64,000 nucleotides of DNA from Hydrolagus colliei. Lineage: Eukaryota. Made by a program: the position numbers and the translations under genes. Shown piece after piece: positions 37,502-49,093 of this stretch; within the stretch, counting starts at the first letter, position 1; every line of letters starts with the position of its first letter. Location of the stretch: assembly GCA_035084275.1 (NCBI GenBank), contig CM068750.1, positions 4,278,001-4,342,000 of the forward strand. Direction: 5' to 3'. A model generated the notes under the pieces. The model did no database searches. It saw only the letters and a program-made list of their open reading frames with translations, and was not told the DNA's origin.

Positions 37502-38270
37502 ACTCTGTTGCAATAATAAAGAATTTTTATTCTATGAAGATGGGAAGTCACAATACCGCATTACAATTTGCAGAGATCTTCCTTTAACCTACTTTTTTCC
37601 TGCATCTTGCGCTTTTAAGCCTTTCAATTTGTTGGTCATAGTATTTTTTCTTAAATAAAAGAAAGTATATCTCTCTCATTACCTGGGTACCCGATCTCCC
37701 AAAATAAAGCTCCACTGTATCAAATGCTTCTATTTTGTAGAGATGGAATAACAGTGCGTAATACGGGCAATTGAGGAATTTAAACCAACAGCCACACAAT
37801 AATTAATGAGCATCACAAAGCTCCTCCGCTTTTGGCTGCCGTAATGAGGTTTGGAAGATGTTTTAAATGAGTGATCTTCAAAGAATAGCTCAAAACGTAT
37901 GGGCAATTCCACAGTCCACAGATCCAGCTTTAGTGGTAGCACTATTATCCGTTGTCCCACCAGGAGAGAAGCATAAAAGGATGAACTGCAAACCAGCTGT
38001 AATTCAAATTTGTCTGTTCACAAGACCTGAGATCAGATCCATCATAAACCTACATTGTTCTGAATCTACTGCAGTTCAGACATCATTTTAACATTTTAGG
38101 CATTATATGAGCTTGTATGGATCTGTTACATCTGCGGTAACTTTCCAGTGGTGTGCTGGGTTCAGAATTAAAAATCACACTAATTTCCTGATCAAGTACA
38201 TCTCTAAGCCCTGAAATCAGCTGAATAATTCCTCCCCATGTGTGTAGCAATTTGGTTACAAACAAAGTAC

Positions 38271-38453
38271 CTCAGCGGTTCCTGCACAGCAGCCAGCGAC
38301 AAAAACATCGAATCTGGATGGTTTCGCCTCTGAGCTCCCGTGTCGCAAGGTGCATAAGTAATGAAGGCAATTTCTGTATGTGCCAAAACAAACTGAGCTG
38401 CACACGGACACGGACAGAACAGGCAACGCCATTCCTTTGTAAAATCCACGAAC
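38271..38453 (-). CDS. SLC25A47: SLC25A47 coding exon 4
   Basis: 183 nt; VRGFYKGMALPVLSVSVCSSVCFGTYRNCLHYLCTLRHGSSEAKP resembles the SLC25A47-specific SSVSFGTYRHCL...RYGNPDAKP (recalled). Confidence 0.9.
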
Positions 38454-38599
38454 CTGGGGAATAGAGAATAACATGAGAAGGTATGGAATGAGGAAACGTT
38501 CGCTTTACAGACACCAAAAAGCTACCGTTCTTGTGGAATTCGACTCACAGAGTCTCCCCTGTTCCAACATAATCTAACACCCAACTGACCATGACATCT

Positions 38600-38940
38600 C
38601 CACTTTTTAAACCTCTCCTCAGTCAGGGTGAGACCCAAGCAAGGGAGAGGGGCAGGATAGGGAGGAGGGGAGGGAGTGAGTTGGGAGGGTAGGGGAGTGG
38701 AGGGAGAGTGATGGGAAGGCGGCAGAAGGCACGATCGAAGAGGAGGATCTTGAGACCATCCTTGAAGGAGGTGAGGGAGGGAGCGAGGCAAAGGGACTGT
38801 GGGATGGAGTTCCAGAGTGTGGGAGCAGAGAGGCTGAAAGGCGGGGGACATGGAGCAGACCATAGCCTGCTGAACGGAGGGGACGGGGAGGTTCATATGG
38901 GAATAGAAGCTGAAGGGTATGGGCACGCCACAAAGCATTA
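38600..38940 (-). mobile_element. L2 LINE 3' remnant
   Basis: Reverse complement of the same ORF2 end (GGGATGGAGTTCCAGAG, GATCTTGAGACCATCCTTGAAGG). Confidence 0.72.
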
Positions 38941-39019
38941 CAATTCACAGTGGGTAGATTCCTTCTTTTGAAACACCATTCAAACGTATCGCAAATGGGA
39001 CCCCAAAACTGCCATTTAC

Positions 39020-39091
39020 CTTTTCTCTCTGGTAGGTTGATCGAATACAGTGCCATACACCAGTGTACACCTGCTGAGTCTGAATTCTCAC
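39020..39091 (-). CDS. SLC25A47: SLC25A47 coding exon 3
   Basis: ccag|GTG...AAG|gtaaat, 72 nt; VRIQTQQVYTGVWHCIRSTYQREK. Confidence 0.9.
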
Positions 39092-39173
39092 CTGGAAAAA
39101 CAGTTGGTTATTAACTATTGTCTCAAAATTCAATACAAATGCAAAATAACTACGAGTTAAATATAATATGTAC

Positions 39174-39217
39174 CTTGATTGTATCCAAGGGATATCCTAC
39201 TATAGTAGCAAGTCCAC
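39174..39217 (-). CDS. SLC25A47: SLC25A47 coding exon 2
   Basis: cacag|GT...AAG|gtacat, 44 nt; GLATIVGYPLDTIK carrier signature. Confidence 0.9.
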
Positions 39218-39843
39218 CTGTGGTGTCAATAAATAGATCCAAGGAAAAGAAGTTAACAATATCACGGCTGATGAAACTAGGATGTTTTCTTTAAACACAA
39301 ACTAATCACAATCAAAACAATGCCCATTGCTGTACTGTGCTAGGAAAACACGCAAAAGGTCAACGAGTCAGACCATGTTCGAAGCACTATCACGTGCAGG
39401 AAGTCGAACTGAATGTGAGAACGTTTGGAAATTTAAATCAACTGATCACTTGAAATTGGAGCCCCGAACATGGTGAGAATTAGGATGAGAATATGACAGA
39501 CTCCAGGATTTTCCTCCCACCGAGTCCAACTTTTCAATGGAATTTGGCATTAAAATAACCATCTTCCCCTGAGCTCATATGCAAAGTCGGTGTTGGAAAC
39601 AAACACATTCCCACTGGTGTTGTTTGGTAAGGCAAATTTTATTGAAGTTGGATCGAGGGTGACTTGTTGCAGTCAGTAAGAAATGGGGGTGTGTTGGGGG
39701 TGGGGAATAGCTTTGTACTTTCTCCTGATACATACTGGGTTCTGGGGTTAACTGTAGGAGGGAAAAACTGGGAGAATCAGCAGCTGCTTTGAACACTAAG
39801 CTTTATAATTTGGTGACCAGGAAGGCTGCCCTTTCCTGCTCGT

Positions 39844-40158
39844 GGAGCTCCTGTAGTTCAGTGGTTAGAGCAATCGCCTTACAAATGTGAGACCTGTGTT
39901 CGAATCCAGGCAGATCAGGGCGAAACCTTACCCCACATGCCTGATAATAATCCATCCAAAAAAAACCCCACAATAATGAAAGTTGGTCATTTCAATCCAC
40001 GACTGTTTGTGGGGACACTGCTGTGTGCAATTGGCTGCTGCGTTTTGCCCACAAATATACAGTCAATTCACTTTACAGTATATTCTGTGAAGCGCTTTGA
40101 GACGTCGATAAGATGCGAAAAGCGCTATATCAAATGCGAGGATTATTATTATTATTAT
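39844..40158 (+). mobile_element. tRNA-derived SINE
   Basis: CTGTAGTTCAGTGGTTAGAGC...GTTCGAATCC head, body and tail. Confidence 0.9.
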
Positions 40159-40460
40159 CAGATTCTGCTCCAATATCAGGTTTAGATTTTTTATATTTTG
40201 TATAGCGCCTTTCATGTCGGAAGGATGTTCCATTTTGACTTCATTTACCTACTTGAAAAGGCGTGGACAAAGTTCAATTCAACGATAGTATTTTTAGAAG
40301 AAAGCAGCATCAGGTTCACACAAGTGTGAGAATCTCAATAACTCTTAACGGAATGTAGAATTCAATCCTACACCAGCACCTTGGGACGTCCTCCCGACGT
40401 GAAAGGCGCTCTACAAAGTATAATTCTGTATTGTTTCTTTGTATTGTTTTCAGATTGAAA

Positions 40461-41822
40461 TATCATAGAATCATAGAATCATAGAATCATAGAATTTTAC
40501 GGCACAAAAGGAGGCCATTCGGCCCATCTAGTCTGTGCCGGCTCTTTGAAAAGAGCGATTCAATCCCATTGCCCTGCCCGCTCCCCATAGCCTAATAGAC
40601 CCGTTCTTCCTAAATAAAGATCTAATTCCCTTTTAAAAGTTGTTATCGAATCAGCCTCCACCACCTTTTCAGGCAATGCATTCCAGATTCGAACAACTCG
40701 CTGAGTGAAAAAATTTCTCCTCAGCTCCCCTCTACTGCGCCTTGAAACTATTTTAAATCTGTGACCACGAGTCACAGATTCACCCACGAGTGGAAATAGT
40801 TTTTCTCTATTTGCCCTGTCGAAACCCCTCATGATCTTATAAACCTCTATTAGGTCTCCCCTCAATCTTCTCTGCTCCAGAGAGAATAACCCTAGCCTAT
40901 CTAGCCTCTCCTCATAGCTGAAGTCCCTCAATCCTGGCACCATCCTAGTAAATCTTCGTTGTACCCTTTCCAATGCCTTCACATCCTTTCTGTAGTGTGG
41001 TGACCAGAATTGAACACAGTATTCCAGCTGAGGCCTCACCAAAGTCCTATAGAGGTTAGTCAGCACTTCCTGACTTTTGTACTCTATACCCCTATTTATA
41101 AAGCCTAGTATCCCATATGCCTTCTTAACAGCCTTGTCTACCTGTCCTGCCACCTTCAACGAGTCACTAACACAAATCCCCAGGTCTCTCTGTTCCTTCA
41201 CACCATTTAAAATTGTACTATCTAGCCTATATTGCCTCCCTTCATTTCTTCTCCCAAAATGCATCACCTCACACTTCTCTGCATTAAACTTCATCTGCCA
41301 TGTGTCTGCCCACTTTACCAATTTGTCTATATCCTCTTGCAGATGGCTACTATCCTCCTCACTGTTTACTATTCTCCCTAACTTAGTGTCATCTGCAAAC
41401 TTGGAAACTGTACTCCGTACACCCAAGTCCAGATCATTGATGTAGATTACAAACAGCAATGGTCCCAAAACCGATCCCTGTGGCACACCACTGCTCACTT
41501 CCCTCCAATCTGAAAAACAGCCGCTCACTACAACTCTCTGCTTTCTGTCTCGCAGCCAGTTGTGGATCCACGTTGCCACTGTCCCTTTTACGCCATGGGC
41601 CTTTAATTTCTTAATAAGTCTCTCATGTGGCACTTTGTCAAATGCCTTTTGAAAGTCCATGTAAACTACATCAACTGCGCTACCATTATCCACCCATTCC
41701 GTTACCTCATCAAAAAATTCTATCAGATTTGTAAGGCAAGATTTGCCTTTAACAAATCCATGTTGACTGTCCTTTATTAGCCTATATCTTTCTAAGTGAA
41801 GATCTACCTTGTCCCTGATATG
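40461..41822 (-). mobile_element. CR1-clade LINE, 5'-truncated, with open RT/ORF2 C-terminal frame
   Basis: Uninterrupted frame with QHGFVKGKSCLTNL, YMDFQKAFDKVPH, GVPQGSVLGP and KFADD; 3' terminal (ATTCTATG)n repeat at 40461-40495, typical of CR1; lies in SLC25A47 intron 1. Confidence 0.95.
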
Positions 41823-42479
41823 AAACATATCCCTAAAGAAATCCTGTGTGCTGTTTACTTGGTGAGTCATGAACGTATTGTAAGCACTGTATAAACTAGG
41901 CTTTCTTTTAGTGCTGTGAAGGTAAGCAAGGAAGATAATAATAATCATAATAATCCTTGCATTTGATATAACGCCTTTTCATGTCGTGCTTCACAGATTA
42001 ACAACAACAACTTGGATTTTACAGATTATATTGTAAATGTGAATTGACTGTATATTTTGTGGGCGAAATTCGTCGGCCAATTGCATACAGCAGTAACTAG
42101 GTACGTATGTAAAAAGGTAACCAGCAGAGAAAGAGACAGAAAAGAAGCTGAAAGTTGAAAAAGTTGAAAACATCAATATTAATAAATCTTATTGCAATTA
42201 AACAATGGACTGAGAAATAAAATTTGACTTAAAATATTTAATACTTTGAGTTAGTAACCCTTAGACTCTTCCTTCATTCAAAACCAGTGGCTAAAAATAA
42301 AAACCCATGCAAAAAAAAAATAAATTGACTGTTGATCAGTAACAACAACAATATATACAGTATATAGAGTATATAGAACGGAGAAAATTTCCTAAAATAT
42401 GAATTCAGACCCTCTCATTCTGTGCTTTACTGTATGAGCGAATGAGTTTTCTTTTAGCAGATTAATTGGGATATCCCCA

Positions 42480-42745
42480 AATAATAATAAATAATAATCC
42501 TTGCATTCGATAGAGAGCTTTTCACGTCTTCTAGATGTTTTAAAGCCCGTCACAGAATATACTGTAAAGTGAATTGGCTATACATTTGTGGGCGAAATGC
42601 AGCAGCCAATTGCGCACAGCAATTGTCCCACAAAACAGTCGTGGATTGAAATGACCAATCTTTATTGCGTTTTTTTGTGTGTGTTTTGAGACGTCGATAA
42701 GATGTGAAAAGCACTATAGCGAATGCAATAATAATTATTATTATT
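42480..42745. mobile_element. Minus-strand SINE 3' half (42480-42662) joined to a plus-strand SINE tail (42683-42745)
   Basis: Two family tails in opposite orientation pointing outward. Confidence 0.75.
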
Positions 42746-42921
42746 TACTATTAATGGTAGAAATACAGCATTCAACCCACAACACTTGCTTTATATTATA
42801 CTGTAAACCATATTGTCATTGAATGCACTGACAGACAGACACAGACACAAGGCGACAGAGAGAAGGCAAAAGGAGAGGACTTCTGTCGGTTTGACCCCCT
42901 TTTTTCCCTTGTGATTTCAGA

Positions 42922-42948
42922 TGTGTGTGTGTGTGTGTGTGTGTGTGT
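42922..42948. repeat. (TG)n microsatellite just inside SLC25A47 intron 1
   Basis: Perfect TG run about 10 nt from the donor. Confidence 0.9.
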
Positions 42949-42957
42949 TGTTTTTAC

Positions 42958-42994
42958 CTGCCACCCAACCGGCCAGGAAGTCGAGAAACTGCAT
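42958..42994 (-). CDS. SLC25A47: SLC25A47 first coding exon
   Basis: ATG CAG TTT CTC GAC TTC CTG GCC GGT TGG GTG GCA G|gtaaaa = MQFLDFLAGWVA(G); phase 1 joins exon 2; the joined CDS is 906 nt. Confidence 0.85.
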
Positions 42995-43657
42995 CGTTTT
43001 TTTTTAACGTGTCCACGTTGTCTGTCAGCAGCTCCTAGTATCTGTGAGACTGGGGGAGGACAGACAGTCAGACAGACAGAGACAGACACTCAGGACCTGC
43101 TTGATGTGAAGTGAAGTCAAGTGAAGGATATTCACCCATCCAAGGTGACCAGCTCTGGTTGTGTAACTTGTTATCCAATTCCAGAGCTAGAGAGCCACAC
43201 AGCAGCACAGAGCTCACTAAGGACTGCCTGACAGTGACAGTGACTGTGACCGACTCTTTCTTAACAGTAGGAGGTGAAAGACAGCAGTGACACCCACATC
43301 AGGGCGGTTAAAACAGTTACTTTCAATTGTTTACTTCATAACGAGATAAACCATTTTAGGGGATGGGTTGCTGGGGTGGGGGAATCTGATCTCAGCCAAT
43401 TCGCTGGGCCCTGTGTTCGGGAAAGGGAACAACAACAACAAACAACAAATTACTTTGCTGCTGAATGTTGGACGAGGACTAACAGTTTTGACTGAAATTG
43501 TAAATTGTCTCTCTGGGAATCAGCTGAATTCCTTGTTTGATGGTTGAATGTCAACAACAGTACAGCTCCTGCCAAGTTTGGAGGAGCGCGTGACGTTTGC
43601 GTGAGAAAAGAAACCTCTTTTAACTCTAGGCAAGCACGGATTGTAACAACAGGCCAA

Positions 43658-43950
43658 CAATAAGAATAATCCTCGCATTTGATTTCGCGCTTTTCACGTC
43701 TTCTAGACGCCTCAAAGCGCTTCACTGGATGCACTGTAAAGTGAATTGACGGCATGTATGTGGGCGAAACGCGGCAGCCAATTGCGCACGGCAGCGTTTC
43801 CCCACAAACGGTCGTGGATTGAAGTGACCAATTCATTATTGTATTTCTTTCGAGGGATTATTATCAGATGCTCGGAGTAAGGAAACCTACCCTGGATTTT
43901 GCCCTGTCTGGAATTGAACCCGGGTCTCTCGCTTGCGAGGCGAGCGCTGC
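43658..43950 (-). mobile_element. tRNA-derived SINE, GC-shifted, upstream of SLC25A47
   Basis: Reverse complement of tail, body and most of the head. Confidence 0.87.
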
Positions 43951-43969
43951 AGAGGAGCCGACAAGAAGA

Positions 43970-44130
43970 CGCTCAGAAGGCCTGAACCAGGCTGTGCAAA
44001 GGCGGGAGGCAGCGGAGTGGAGAGGAGAGGAGAGGTTGGGAGGTGCCAGAGCATGAAGTGATTTGAAAGTGAGAGCGAGGATCTTGAAATCAACCGACAG
44101 ATTTTGTAGCGATGGTCCATTTTGTGGGCG
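43970..44130 (-). mobile_element. Degenerate L2 fragment
   Basis: GGGAGGTGCCAGAGCATGAAGTGATTTGAAAGTGAGAGCGAGGATCTTGAAAT is the reverse complement of the block at about 7925-7990. Confidence 0.55.
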
Positions 44131-46838
44131 GAAATAAATGGGCAGCTAATTTTCACACAGCAGTGCCCCCAAAACAGTTATGAAGTGAATGATCAACAGG
44201 CATTAAAGCACATAAAACAACCAAAGGAGCAGCCAACAAGCTCAAAGGTCAAGGAATTATTTCCCCGTAAAATATTTTCAATCGCTATAATCCTATTACA
44301 GTATTTGTTTCTGGCATTTTTAAAGGTAGTGGAACATTGGTTGTGGCTACAGGAGCGTAATCTAATCATAATGAGTAGTTTATACTACTGTACCAAGATT
44401 AGATTATACCTTTAAATCACAGCGGTGGAATGCGTTAATTTTATGGGGGTTATTCTCTGTTCATTTTGTGGCTGCTTTCATTACTGAGAACACAGAAACT
44501 GTCCGTCAGGCCATTTCATAGTGCAGCATTGGTAGGTAATGAACTTAAATGGAAAGAATAGCAATTTTGATGTGACCACAATGAATTTGTGATGAAATAA
44601 TTTTGCAGTTGAATACCAGGAAATTCTGTGCGTGGAATTTATTTAACTATTTGTTCAACTATTTATTGAAATATACATTTTTCAGCAAGTAAATGGGATT
44701 ATTGTCTGTCCTTCATTGTTAGAAGTTTGTGTTTAAATACTATGCTTAGCACCTTTGCCCAGTGAGATAAATAATGAAACACATCGATACATTTAAAATA
44801 GTTTATTTATTGTTTGTTTAAAACTATCTTGAGTTTATCTTAAAACATCCTCTCTGTGCCCAAATAAATTAGGCAATACATAATGTGTACATTACATATT
44901 GTATAAATGTAGTATACAATATCTGCGGTTATTCTGTAAGGTAACTGATATGTTCACAAACGCAACAGTATTTATCTGAAAACTTTCCATTTGATATTAT
45001 TAACTTTCCAGTTAATAATAATAATAAATTATTATAATTATAATCCTGAAGCCAAATGAACCATTGCTTTCCTCGATCATGATCAGCCAACTCACTTCAG
45101 ACCAGAGATTAACACTGGCTGCAATGAATAACTCAGTACCATTTCATGCCAAAATGTGTTTCAAGTAATTATTTAAGAAGTACACATTGAAGGGCTCATA
45201 CATTAACTCACATCAATTTTGTAAAAAATTCCGAACTGTTTAAACTCCTGAGAGGCATTGAAATGTTTAGAGGTGCTGATTTTTTGGGGGGAGGATAAAA
45301 GATTTGGACGATAAAAAGATAATATGTCTTTTGAATCGATAAATTAAAGGTAATTCTTGATCTGCAAAGATGTACTTCAACTTTAGATTTTGAAAGCACG
45401 TAAATACCAAACAAAATTCATCTAATTTCTGGATCTGAGGGCAAAGATGTCAATTACAGCTCCGAGTACAAAACTATAAAATTACCTCCTTCTTCATTAA
45501 GAATTTAATGCGAATTACATCATCTGATAATAATAAACAATAATGATCCTTGCATTTGATATAGCGTTTTCCATTACTGCACTGTGACAGCTCACAGTGC
45601 AGTAATGGAAAACGCTGTGCCTTTGGCAATGTTAGAGTATCTTGCTAAATGTCCCATTGGAAAATTCCCAGTTCCCCAGGACTGAAATGATTTACCATAA
45701 AAAGGATAGTGAGTACAACATTCTGACTCTTGCCACAATCTCAATCCCTTTACTTCCTTTTGCTCCCTTTTAAATGTTGCTGAAGATGAAATCAGCAAAC
45801 GACAGCATGGGCTGTCGTTTGGGCTGGAAGCTGATTCCATTTTTACTTTGTTTGGTGTAAATCCGCAAGTTGGCAAACCTTGAAACACAGTTAAAATTTT
45901 AAATTTCTATACACTCACAATGGAGAAAGCTTTGGCAACTGAATGTTTGCTTTCATACCACAGTATACTGCTGCTAGGTACTGCGATAATGTGTGGTAAA
46001 CAGCAACATCGATTTAAATCAACATCCAATATTATTTTGAAGCGCTCTGAGAAATCCAAGTTGTTGTTGTTATCTCGAACCCCTCTAAATCCTGTTGGAT
46101 TTTGGTAAAGTTTCAAAGGTATATTTGCCGTTGAGGGCCCACTTGTAAGGAATCATTTATACATGTACAGGCAAATATTTAGTTACCCCCAATAGAAATG
46201 GAAATTGCAGTTCCCGAGCACCTAATCATGTTGAAATGACTCAAAAGGACTTAGCTGTCGTCATCGCTGGTGGGCAGTGACAAATTTGCTTTTGTAGGCC
46301 AATGTGGCAACCATTTTGCACACGTCAGGGTTACAGAAACAGACTCAAGATCAATAATCACTTTAGAGTAAAAAAGAACCCTGGCTCTTCGACAAACTAT
46401 TAATGACACAGCAAGACAACTGGCGTTCACATCACTTGGCACGGATCCATTTTTTCCCCCCAAAGGAACTAAATTAAGTAAACATATGGCCGACAGTCCC
46501 CCAAATAAAATTAGTGACTCTCTCTCTCTCTCTCTCCGTGGCTGTTTGTGGGACGTTGCTGTGGGACTACTGATTGCCGCGATCTGCCCCGAAAATGCCG
46601 TCAGTCCACTTTACAAAGTGTGTACAAAGCGTGAGGTGCTTTGAGGTTCTCAAACGATGCGACGATGACGCACTAGCGTCAAATTCAAGACTCATTAGAT
46701 GATAAATGCCATCAGTGGCCGGCACAGATTTCAGGATATCATCAAACACAAAGAACGGGGCAATACTTGAGCATATAAGGTCATAAGAATAATAAAGCAT
46801 GATACCAAAGGCATTGATTATTATTATTATTATTCTCG

Positions 46839-46999
46839 TGGTCATTTCGATCCACGACTGTCGGCGGGGACGCGATCGGCTGCCGCGGTTTCGCCCACAA
46901 GCCTACGCGGTCGGTTCGCTCTGCGGCGATACCCTGGGAAGCGCTTCGAGACGTCTGGGAGACGTGTGCACAAGTAACAAATGCAAGGATCCTTATCGT
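46839..46999 (+). mobile_element. SINE 3' half, strongly GC-shifted
   Basis: Colinear with the family (GGTCATTTCGATCCACGACTG...GAAGCGCTTCGAGACGTC...CAAATGCAAGGAT) despite many substitutions. Confidence 0.8.
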
Positions 47000-47372
47000 T
47001 CAGCAGGGGCTGTGGGCTTGAAGAGGAGCAGTCTCAAGAGTCACAGAAACACAGCCAATAGTGCGAGAGGCGGGTTGGCTGTGAGGGTGGGTGGTGTTGC
47101 TCTCTGGCTCTCGCCATTGGTTTGAGAACAGGGGGTAATAATCCAGGCTCGCTCGAAACAGAATACAGNNNNNNNNNNNNNNNNNNNNNNNNNNNNNNNN
47201 NNNNNNNNNNNNNNNNNNNNNNNNNNNNNNNNNNNNNNNNNNNNNNNNNNNNNNNNNNNNNNNNNNNNNNNNNNNNNNNNNNNNNNNNNNNNNNNNNNNN
47301 NNNNNNNNNNNNNNNNNNNNNNNNNNNNNNNNNNNNNNNNNNNNNNNNNNNNNNNNNNNNNNNNNNNNNNNN

Positions 47373-47589
47373 AAGGAGAGAGAGATAGACAGACCAAGAC
47401 AGAGAGAACGAGAACGGTTTGACTGTAAAGGAAAGACAGAGAGGGGAGGGAGGGATTAAGTGAGAGAGAGAGAGAGAGAAAGAGAGAGAAAGAAAGAAAA
47501 AGAGGGCAGTATAACTATTAGAGAGAGAGAGAGAGAGAGAGCGACAAGATAGAGAGAAGGAGTGAGTGAGAGGGAGAGGGAGAGTGTGA

Positions 47590-47641
<52 letters not shown>

Positions 47642-47687
47642 GACAGTATAACTGTTAAAGGAGAGAGAGAGAGAGACCGACAAGATA
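47373..47687. repeat. (GA)n/(GAAA)n microsatellite island between assembly gaps
   Basis: (GAAA)n at about 47588-47641; duplicated CAGTATAACT...(GA)n...CGACAAGATA unit. Confidence 0.9.
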
Positions 47688-48033
47688 NNNNNNNNNNNNN
47701 NNNNNNNNNNNNNNNNNNNNNNNNNNNNNNNNNNNNNNNNNNNNNNNNNNNNNNNNNNNNNNNNNNNNNNNNNNNNNNNNNNNNNNNNNNNNNNNNNNNN
47801 NNNNNNNNNNNNNNNNNNNNNNNNNNNNNNNNNNNNNCCATCATAGGTTTTATGTACATTTTGCAAAGCAGTCGCTGAGCTGCTACAGTCGGCACTGAGA
47901 GAGGGGGGGGAGTCAGTGGCCAGATTGGAGTGAACACGTTTCAAGGCTGATTGTTTGGTTGGTTGGGGGGAAGAGAGAAAAAAAACACACATTTTTTTGC
48001 TGCAATTCCAGTGGACAGGCCCTCAGCCTCGAT

Positions 48034-49030
48034 ACAGAGAGAGAGACAGGGAGAGACACACAGAGAGACAGGGAGAGACACAGAGAGACACAGGGAGAGA
48101 CACACAGAGAGACACAGGGAGAGACACAGAGAGAGACAGGGAGAGACACACAGAGAGACAGGGAGAGACACACAGAGAGACACAGGGAGAGACACACAGA
48201 GAGACAGGGAGAGACACACAGAGAGACACAGGGAGAGACAGGGAGAGACACAGGGAGAGAGACAGGGAGAGACACACAGAGAGACACGGGGAGAGACACA
48301 GAGAGAGAGACACAGGGAGAGACACACAGGGAGAGACACAGGGAGAGAGAGAGAGACACAGGGAGAGACACAGGGAGAGACACAGGGAGAGACACACAGA
48401 GAGACACACAGAGAGACAGGGAGAGACACACAGAGAGACACAGGGAGAGACACACAGAGAGACACACAGAGAGACAGGGAGAGACACACAGAGAGACACA
48501 GGGAGAGACAGGGAGAGACACAGGGAGAGAGACAGGGAGAGACACACAGAGAGACACGGGGAGAGACACAGAGAGAGAGACACAGGGAGAGACACACAGG
48601 GAGAGACACAGGGAGAGAGAGAGAGACACAGGGAGAGACACAGGGAGAGAGAGAGAGACACAGGGAGAGACACAGGGAGAGAGAGAGACACAGGGAGAGA
48701 CAGGGAGAGACACAGAGACACAGGGAGAGACACAGGGAGAGAGAGAGACACAGGGAGAGACAGGGAGAGACACAGAGACACAGGGAGAGACAGGGAGAGA
48801 CACACAGGGAGAGACAGGGAGAGAGAGAGAGAGACACAGGGAGAGACACACAGAGAGACACAGGGAGAGACACAGGGAGAGAGAGAGAGACGAGAGAGAC
48901 ACACACACACAGAGACACACACACACAGAGACTAGAGAGACACAGAGAGAGACTAGAGAGACACAGAGACACACACACACAGAGAGTATCTCTAGTGATA
49001 GTGATACAGAGAGAGAGGGAGAGAGAGACA
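48034..49030. repeat. About 1-kb purine-rich (GA/GACA/GGGA) satellite ending about 30 nt before the SLC25A29 ATG
   Basis: Units such as GGGAGAGACACA and GAGAGACACA with higher-order block duplications. Confidence 0.95.
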
Positions 49031-49059
49031 TTCTTGCAATTCAGAATTGACGTTGAGAA

Positions 49060-49093
49060 ATGGCATTGGATTTTGCTGCAGGATGCCTAGGGG
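49060..49093 (+). CDS. SLC25A29: SLC25A29 (mitochondrial basic amino acid carrier) first coding exon
   Basis: gaaATGG context; MALDFAAGCLG(G)|gtgagt, 34 nt. Confidence 0.9.

Noticed and set aside
41823-41948. N-terminal extension of the 462-aa RT ORF as a domesticated gene
   Set aside because: The start lies in a SINE (ATT)n tail and the first about 40 codons are unrelated flank; RT similarity starts near 41820
47913-49090. Six long ORFs (299-379 aa) on both strands
   Set aside because: Artefacts of a stop-free GA/CA satellite; low-complexity translations
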